Below are positions 8,151-13,494 of a DNA stretch of 13,494 nucleotides, piece after piece. Source of the stretch: Gemmatimonadota bacterium (GTDB taxonomy: Bacteria > Gemmatimonadota > Gemmatimonadetes > Palauibacterales > Palauibacteraceae); assembly GCA_046758745.1 (NCBI GenBank), contig JBHIAV010000062.1:1-13494 (forward strand), given 5' to 3'. The position numbers were made by a program, and so were the translations under genes. The notes beneath the pieces were generated by a model. That model had not been told where the DNA came from, searched no databases, and saw nothing but the letters and a program-made list of their open reading frames with translations. Numbering within the stretch: position 1 is the stretch's first letter; the number at the start of each line of letters is the position of its first letter.

Positions 8151-8632
8151 GCCGCGAGACCGAGTGGCGACCGGCGCCGCCCGTTACCCTGCGCTCGATG
8201 CGGGAAGCCGACCTGGAGGAGGTGATGCGCATCGAGCGCCGCTCCTTCACCACGCCGTGGACGGAGCGCACCTTCCGAGGCCTGATGCGGAGGCCGAACG
8301 CGGCCCTCCTGGTGGCGGAGGTGGAGGAGAGGGTGGCCGGCTACCTGGCGCTCTGGTTCGCCGCCGCCGAAGCCGAGCTGGGCGACCTCGCCGTATTGCC
8401 CGAGCTGCGCGGTCGCGGCGTCGGCGCGGCGCTGGTGGCGGGCGCCGTGCGTGAGGCTGCGCAGCGAGGCGCAAGCAGCGTGTTCCTGGAAGTCCGGGTC
8501 AGCAACGCTGCCGCACGGCGGCTGTACGAGCGGGCCGGCTTCGAGGTGGTGGGAGTTCGCCGGAGATACTACACGGCCCCCTCGGAAGATGCGCTCGTGA
8601 TGAGATGCCGGTTGAAGACTCCGCTTCGTTGA
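8141..8632 (+). CDS. rimI: Ribosomal protein S18-alanine N-acetyltransferase (GNAT)
   Basis: IERRSFTTPW, acetyl-CoA motif LAVLPELRGRGVG, FLEVRVSNAAARRLYERAGF and RRRYY...EDALVM. SD-like GAGGTG at 8127-8132. Sits in the canonical position after tsaB. Confidence 0.93.
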   Translation: MAISRETEWRPAPPVTLRSMREADLEEVMRIERRSFTTPWTERTFRGLMRRPNAALLVAEVEERVAGYLALWFAAAEAELGDLAVLPELRGRGVGAALVAGAVREAAQRGASSVFLEVRVSNAAARRLYERAGFEVVGVRRRYYTAPSEDALVMRCRLKTPLR

Positions 8633-8658
8633 CAACGCCTGGCTCGGCCGTCTAACTT
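8629..8658 (+). promoter_or_regulatory. Putative sigma70-type promoter for ssb and downstream genes
   Basis: A perfect TTGACA (8629-8634, overlapping the rimI stop), an 18-nt spacer and TAACTT (8653-8658) lie ~60 nt before the ssb start. Confidence 0.6.
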
Positions 8659-8719
8659 CGAGCGACCGTACGGCGCAATCCCGTGCCGCTGTTGGAGAAA
8701 CCTCCCGTGGCAGGTTGGA

Positions 8720-9163
8720 ATGTCGCGAAGTCTCAATAAGGCCCAGCTCATCGGCAATCTGGGAGCCGATCCCGAGATCCGAAGCATACCCTCAGGCACT
8801 CGCGTCGCCACCCTTTCCGTGGCCACCAGCCGGCAGTGGACGGACCGAAACGGGCAGCAGCAGGAGAAGACCGAGTGGCACCGTGTCGTCGCGTGGGATC
8901 GGCTGGCGGAGATCTGCGAGCGTTACCTTAAGAAGGGGGACCGCGTCTACATCGAAGGATCTATCGAATACCGACAGTGGGAGGGACAGGACGGTCAGAC
9001 GCGCTTCACCACGGAGATCCGAGCACGCGACATGATCATGCTCGGCGGCCGCGGAGACTCCGCAACGGCGCCGGCCCAACCGTCCGGGATCAGTGCCTCC
9101 GAAACCGACTACTCCGACTTCTCGAACCAGGCTCTGGCGGGCGAGGACGATCTACCGTTCTGA
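8720..9163 (+). CDS. ssb: Single-stranded DNA-binding protein
   Basis: MSRSLNKAQLIGNLGADPE, TEWHRVVAW, YLKKGDRVYIEG, and the acidic C-terminal tip EDDLPF. Confidence 0.98.
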   Translation: MSRSLNKAQLIGNLGADPEIRSIPSGTRVATLSVATSRQWTDRNGQQQEKTEWHRVVAWDRLAEICERYLKKGDRVYIEGSIEYRQWEGQDGQTRFTTEIRARDMIMLGGRGDSATAPAQPSGISASETDYSDFSNQALAGEDDLPF

Positions 9164-9179
9164 CGGGCGAGGAGGGTGC

Positions 9180-10292
9180 ATGCGCGTCGTCGGCCGCACG
9201 GTCATCTCGGCCACGGTCGCCGGCTTCTGGATGCTCGGCGGGGGCCTTCTCTTCGCCCAGGAAGAAGCGGCCCGAACGCACGAGGTGCGGCGAGGGGACA
9301 CCCTGTGGGACCTGGCGGCCCGCTATCTCGCGAACCCCCTTCGCTGGCCCGAGATCCACCGTCTGAACCCCGGCGTAGTGGAAGATCCCCACTGGATCTT
9401 TCCCGGCGAGGTGCTTCGCCTCCCCGGCGCCGTCCCTCCGGCGGGCGGCGACGTGCCTTCAGGGGCGGAGCAGGCCGTTGTCGTGGCCCGGCGAGTCGGT
9501 CGGAACGAATCTTTCGGCGCCCCTTCCATCTTCGACCGGAATCCTACCGATAGCGTGGCATCCGGGGCTCTCGCCTTCGACGCGGCATCGCGGAGAACCG
9601 TCGTGTCGCGGAGCGATTTCTACCGGGTCGCCTTCCTCGCGCACGAGGAGGAGATCGGTCCCATCGGCTCGACGGCGCGCCTCTTCGAGGAGAATCCGCT
9701 ACGCCTCAACCTGCCCCGCGGCGTGCGAGAGAACGACCGGGTGCTGCTCGACCTCGGAGGCGCACCGGCAGCCGTCGGGGACGTGTATCAGGCGATCCGC
9801 TGGGGCCGGGGCATCGCGCCGTACGGGAGGATCGCGCACTCCGTGGCGTTGCTCGCCCTCACCGACGTGGCGGGCGACACGGCTCGCGCGGTGGTGATCC
9901 AGATCTTCGGAGCCTACAAGGTCGGGGACCCGGTGATACCGGCGACGGCGTACGAGGTCGTCGCCGGAGAGCTTCCCGAACCGCTGGAGAACGGGATGGC
10001 GGCACGCGTGATCGGCTTCGAGACGCCCCAGCCCATCATCGCCCCCGGCGATGCCGTCTTTCTGGACGTCGGCGCCACCGCCGGCGTGCGCGTGGGAGAT
10101 GAGTTCGCCGTGTTCAGCAAGTCCGTCGCCAATGGCAAAGTGGCCCGGCTGGACGACCGGCTCTGCACGGTGCGCGTGGCTCTGGTTCGAGAGCGGACGT
10201 CCACTGGCCTCGTGGTGAGCCTTCGGGAGGCGGGTGTGGAGGTGGGAGCGCCAGCTCGCATGGTCCGGCAGATGCCCGGCCAGGGTGACTAG
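9180..10292 (+). CDS. Secreted LysM peptidoglycan-binding protein (TsaP-like architecture)
   Basis: SD GAGGAGG precedes ATG 9180, and a signal peptide ends at LFA-Q. The LysM domain is HEVRRGDTLWDLAARYLANPLRWPEIHRLNP...DPHWIFPGEVLRLP. The C-terminal region is beta-rich (VFLDVGATAGVRVGDEFAVF). Confidence 0.85.
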   Translation: MRVVGRTVISATVAGFWMLGGGLLFAQEEAARTHEVRRGDTLWDLAARYLANPLRWPEIHRLNPGVVEDPHWIFPGEVLRLPGAVPPAGGDVPSGAEQAVVVARRVGRNESFGAPSIFDRNPTDSVASGALAFDAASRRTVVSRSDFYRVAFLAHEEEIGPIGSTARLFEENPLRLNLPRGVRENDRVLLDLGGAPAAVGDVYQAIRWGRGIAPYGRIAHSVALLALTDVAGDTARAVVIQIFGAYKVGDPVIPATAYEVVAGELPEPLENGMAARVIGFETPQPIIAPGDAVFLDVGATAGVRVGDEFAVFSKSVANGKVARLDDRLCTVRVALVRERTSTGLVVSLREAGVEVGAPARMVRQMPGQGD

Positions 10293-10304
10293 CTGCGGCC
10301 GGCT

Positions 10305-10339
10305 CGCGCTCCCGGAGCGCGTTCGAGGCTCCGGGCGCG
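10305..10339. other. GC-rich intergenic inverted repeat (hairpin without U-tract)
   Basis: CCCGGAGC (10311-10318) pairs with GCTCCGGG (10328-10335), extended by CGCG/CGCG. It lies just after the LysM gene stop and has no poly-T. Confidence 0.3.
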
Positions 10340-10379
10340 CGGCTCATGGGCGCACCGTCTTCCTTCCCACTGCGAGTCC

Positions 10380-11198
10380 ATGATCCTAGGCTCGCACCTG
10401 GCCGCGCTGCTCTGCTACCTGGCGGCCTGGGTGACGCACCTCGAGTTCTTCCGGCGTGGGCGATCGTCACCCGATGGTCGGGCTGTGGGAGCGACCTCCG
10501 CCGGCTTCGTTTTTCACCTCGCCGGCCTCGTCGCCTTCGCTCTGCACGAACGGGCGCTGCCCCTGGTCGGTGTGGGCCCCGCCTCGTCGACCCTGGCCCT
10601 GGCCGTCGTGGCCTTCACCCTGGGGGCCGCCGTGCGGCCTGACACGCGCGCCTCGGGGCTCTTTCTCCTCCCGCTGGCCGTCGCCCTCCTCGCGGAGGCG
10701 ATCCTCGTGGGCCTTCATCCGGCGCCCCGGCAGCTCGCCTTCCGAGGGCCGTGGCTGGTGCTTCACGTAACCACCGTGTTCGCCGGGTTCGCGGGGCTGG
10801 CGCTTGCCTCGGCGGCCTCGGCCATGTACGTGCTGCAATTCCGAACCCTCAAGCGGAAGGAGTTCGGCTCCGTTTTCCGCTTCTTCCCATCCCTCGACGC
10901 GCTCGATCGTCTCGGTGGCCTCGGTCTCGGGATTGGCTTTCCAGCGCTCTCCGTGGGATTGCTCGCCGGGTGGGGTTGGACGCTCACCTACGGGCCGACG
11001 CTTCCTCCAGACGATCCGCAGGTGGTGCTCGCGGTGGTGGCGTGGGGGTCGTACCTGGCGGCGATCGGAGCGCGCCTGTCGCCCCGCTGGCGGGGGCCGA
11101 GGGCCGCCCTGGTAAGCGCGGCCGCATTCGTAGCAACGGCGCTCGCGTTCGTCGTTCTGCGGCTCCTCGCCGACGGGACCGGCGACAGCTTCCTCTGA
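10380..11198 (+). CDS. Cytochrome c assembly (CcsA/HemX/YpjD) family integral membrane protein
   Basis: About 8 hydrophobic segments, WLVLHV (conserved His), MYVLQFRTLK...FPSLDALDRL, and GWGW...DPQVV...W. It lies immediately upstream of hemA. Confidence 0.85.
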   Translation: MILGSHLAALLCYLAAWVTHLEFFRRGRSSPDGRAVGATSAGFVFHLAGLVAFALHERALPLVGVGPASSTLALAVVAFTLGAAVRPDTRASGLFLLPLAVALLAEAILVGLHPAPRQLAFRGPWLVLHVTTVFAGFAGLALASAASAMYVLQFRTLKRKEFGSVFRFFPSLDALDRLGGLGLGIGFPALSVGLLAGWGWTLTYGPTLPPDDPQVVLAVVAWGSYLAAIGARLSPRWRGPRAALVSAAAFVATALAFVVLRLLADGTGDSFL

Positions 11199-11231
11199 CC
11201 TGTATGCCGTTTCCATGCGTAGGGTGACGCG

Positions 11232-12521
11232 ATGCCGGTAGCAGTGGTAGGGACGAGTCACCGGACCGCCCCGATCGAGGTACGCGAGCGCTTCTACGTG
11301 ATGGAGGGTCGCGCCGAGAGCGCGGTTGCCCGCGTCCTGTGCGAGAAGCGCGTACAGGAGTGCATAGTCCTTTCGACGTGCAACCGGACCGAATACTATC
11401 TCCACGCCGCGGACCCGGGCGCCGCCGAGAGGGCCGTGACGGAGGCGATGGCGGAGCAGGCGGGACTCTCCCCCGAGCGCGCGGCCGGCTACCTGTACGA
11501 CCACACCGGGAGGGATTGCGTCGTACACCTTTTCCGGGTGACATGCGGGATCGACTCGCTCGTGCTGGGCGAGCACCAGATCCAGGGACAGGTGAAGACT
11601 GCATACCTGCGCGCCCGGGAGCGGATACCCGGCAGCGTCGGCCCGGTCCTGCATCGGCTCTTCCAGTCGGCGATGGCCGTGGGCGGCAGGGTGCGCACGG
11701 AGACGCGCATCGGAGAGGGGGCGGCCTCCGTGCCCTCGGCCGCGACGCGGCTGGCGGAGAAGGTGTTCGGCTCCCTCCGCGGCCGCGTCGCGATGGTGCT
11801 GGGAGCCGGTGAGATGGGGAAGCTCACCCTCGCCTGTCTGGTGCGGGAGGGGGTCGAGGGAGCGCTCGTGGCCAGCCGGACGCTGGAGCGAGCCGAGCGA
11901 GTGGCGCGGTCCGTAGGGGCGCGGGCCGTTCCGATCGAAGAGTTCTGGGGCGCGTTCGGTCGGGTCGACATCGTGGTCACGTCGACCGGCTCCCCGTCGC
12001 CGATTCTCTCGGCGAGGCGGGTCCGGGCCGCGAGGGGTTCGGTGGGGCGCCCCCTGGTGGTCCTGGACATCGCCCTGCCTCGCGATGTCGAGCCCGATGT
12101 CGGACGCGTTCCGGGGGTCTTTCTGTACAACGTCGACGATCTGCAACGGGTGGTCGACAGCGCGGAAGCGGAGCGAGCCACGGAACTGGACGTCGCGCGG
12201 ACGCTGATCGCGGAGCACGCAGAGGCGTTCTGGCGCTGGTACCGCGCCCGAGAGGCCATACCGCTCATCCGCCAGCTCCGATCGGCGGCTGAAGCCATGC
12301 GGCGCGCCGAGATCGAGGAGGTTCTGAGGGAGATGGACTCGTTGGCCGAGGAGGATCGGGAGCGGATCCATCGCGCGACGCGGCAGCTTCTGGCCAAACT
12401 CCTGCACGCGCCGACGGTCGCCCTACGCCGCTTGGCCGCCGATCCGGATGGATTGGAGGCGCTCGACGTGGCGAAGCGACTCTTTCAACTCGATGGCGGG
12501 GAGGGGCGTGGCGGCGGGTAG
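11232..12521 (+). CDS. hemA: Glutamyl-tRNA reductase
   Basis: GTSHRTAPIEVRERF, catalytic STCNRTEYY, GIDSLVLGEHQIQGQVK, NADPH-binding VLGAGEMG, DIALPRDVEP and KLLHAPT. Confidence 0.98.
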   Translation: MPVAVVGTSHRTAPIEVRERFYVMEGRAESAVARVLCEKRVQECIVLSTCNRTEYYLHAADPGAAERAVTEAMAEQAGLSPERAAGYLYDHTGRDCVVHLFRVTCGIDSLVLGEHQIQGQVKTAYLRARERIPGSVGPVLHRLFQSAMAVGGRVRTETRIGEGAASVPSAATRLAEKVFGSLRGRVAMVLGAGEMGKLTLACLVREGVEGALVASRTLERAERVARSVGARAVPIEEFWGAFGRVDIVVTSTGSPSPILSARRVRAARGSVGRPLVVLDIALPRDVEPDVGRVPGVFLYNVDDLQRVVDSAEAERATELDVARTLIAEHAEAFWRWYRAREAIPLIRQLRSAAEAMRRAEIEEVLREMDSLAEEDRERIHRATRQLLAKLLHAPTVALRRLAADPDGLEALDVAKRLFQLDGGEGRGGG

Positions 12522-13461
12522 ACGGGTGCTCGTCACCGGCGGGGCCGGCTTCATAGGCTCCCATGTATGCGAGGCGTACCTCGAGGCGGGGTGGCAGGTC
12601 ACGGCGATCGACGACCTCAGCTCCGGTCGTCGCGAGAACCTCCCGGGGGACGTGCGATTCCTGGAACTCGACATCCGCTCGCCCGAGCTCGCCGGGCTGT
12701 TCGAGGACGGCCGCTTCGACGTGGTCAACCATCACGCTGCGCAGATCGACGTCCGCATCTCCGTCCGGGACCCCAGATTCGATGCGTCGGTGAACGTGGA
12801 TGGGCTGCTCAACCTCCTAGAGAGCGCTCGAAGGAGCGGGGTGGAGCGCTTCGTGTACATATCCTCGGGAGGAGTGGTGTACGGAGAGGCGGACGAGCTC
12901 CCCGTCCACGAGGTCGCCCCGAAGAGGCCTCTCTCCCCGTATGGGGTGAGCAAGCTCGCCGGTGAGCACTACCTGTACTTCTACCGGAAGGTTCACGGTC
13001 TCCCCGGCGTGGCCCTGAGATACTCGAACGTGTACGGGCCCAGGCAGGACCCCCATGGGGAGGCAGGCGTCGTGGCGATCTTCTCGAACCGACTCCTGGA
13101 GCGTGCTCCGCTCACCATCTACGGAGACGGCGAGCAGACGCGCGACTACATCTACGTGACGGATGTGGCGAAGGCCAACCTCGTGGCCTCCGAGATCGAT
13201 CTTCCGGACCCGCGTGCGATCGACGATGTGGCGTTCAACGTTGGCACCGGGATGGAGACGAGCGTCAACGAACTGGCGAGTCTGATGATGCGCGTGTCAG
13301 GAAGGGAGGTGGAGGTCGAGCGCGCGCCGCCGAGGCCCGGCGAGCTCGAACGGAATGCCCTCGACGTCTCGCGCCTGCGCGCGGCCGGTTGGGCGCCCGG
13401 TCAGAGCCTGGAGGAAGGCCTCTCGCTCACCTATGTAGACCTAGCGGGTTCGCTCCGATGA
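12493..13461 (+). CDS. NAD-dependent epimerase/dehydratase (extended SDR, UDP-glucose 4-epimerase-like)
   Basis: VLVTGGAGFIG, DDLSSG, HHAAQIDVR, YGVSK (YxxxK), LRYSNVYGPRQ and GDGEQTRDYIYV. The start is ATG 12493 or GTG 12508, both overlapping the end of hemA. Substrate cannot be determined. Confidence 0.93.
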   Translation: MAGRGVAAGRRVLVTGGAGFIGSHVCEAYLEAGWQVTAIDDLSSGRRENLPGDVRFLELDIRSPELAGLFEDGRFDVVNHHAAQIDVRISVRDPRFDASVNVDGLLNLLESARRSGVERFVYISSGGVVYGEADELPVHEVAPKRPLSPYGVSKLAGEHYLYFYRKVHGLPGVALRYSNVYGPRQDPHGEAGVVAIFSNRLLERAPLTIYGDGEQTRDYIYVTDVAKANLVASEIDLPDPRAIDDVAFNVGTGMETSVNELASLMMRVSGREVEVERAPPRPGELERNALDVSRLRAAGWAPGQSLEEGLSLTYVDLAGSLR

Positions 13462-13494
13462 CGCCGGCATCGAGTTTCCTCGCGCTTGCGGCGG
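13458..13494 (+). CDS. 5' end of a probable next gene (partial, MTPASSFLALAA...)
   Basis: ATGA overlaps the epimerase stop, and the frame stays open to the window edge. Too short to assign a function. Confidence 0.4.
   Translation, partial: MTPASSFLALAA

Noticed and set aside
700..8720. Shared SOS/LexA-type box upstream of radC, uvrB and ssb
   Set aside because: I could not find a common palindrome or direct repeat in the three upstream regions by eye.
10467..12407. 646-aa minus-strand ORF
   Set aside because: It is antisense to the well-supported CcsA-family and hemA genes, and its composition is not protein-like.

Overview
GC-rich bacterial chromosomal segment made almost entirely of housekeeping genes. 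On the + strand it runs radC, rel (long RelA/SpoT homologue), uvrB, tsaE, tsaB, rimI, ssb, a secreted LysM protein, a CcsA/HemX-family membrane protein, hemA, an NAD-dependent epimerase, and the first codons of a further ORF. One minus-strand gene for a putative lipoprotein of unknown function lies between rel and uvrB. The gene order and style suggest Gemmatimonadota, but this is recalled impression and is unverified. I see no mobile element, CRISPR array, tRNA or rRNA, and no clear new multi-gene system. Three things remain unexplained. (1) The ~830-bp non-coding region at the left end has 10-bp-periodic GTGG-like boxes on the minus strand (MraZ/dcw-operator-like) and a ~255-nt run of back-to-back hairpins with a possible pseudoknot (candidate structured RNA). 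(2) The lipoprotein has an ungapped internal duplication with a 77-aa period. (3) A TTG-N18-YAnCTT promoter pattern recurs three times.
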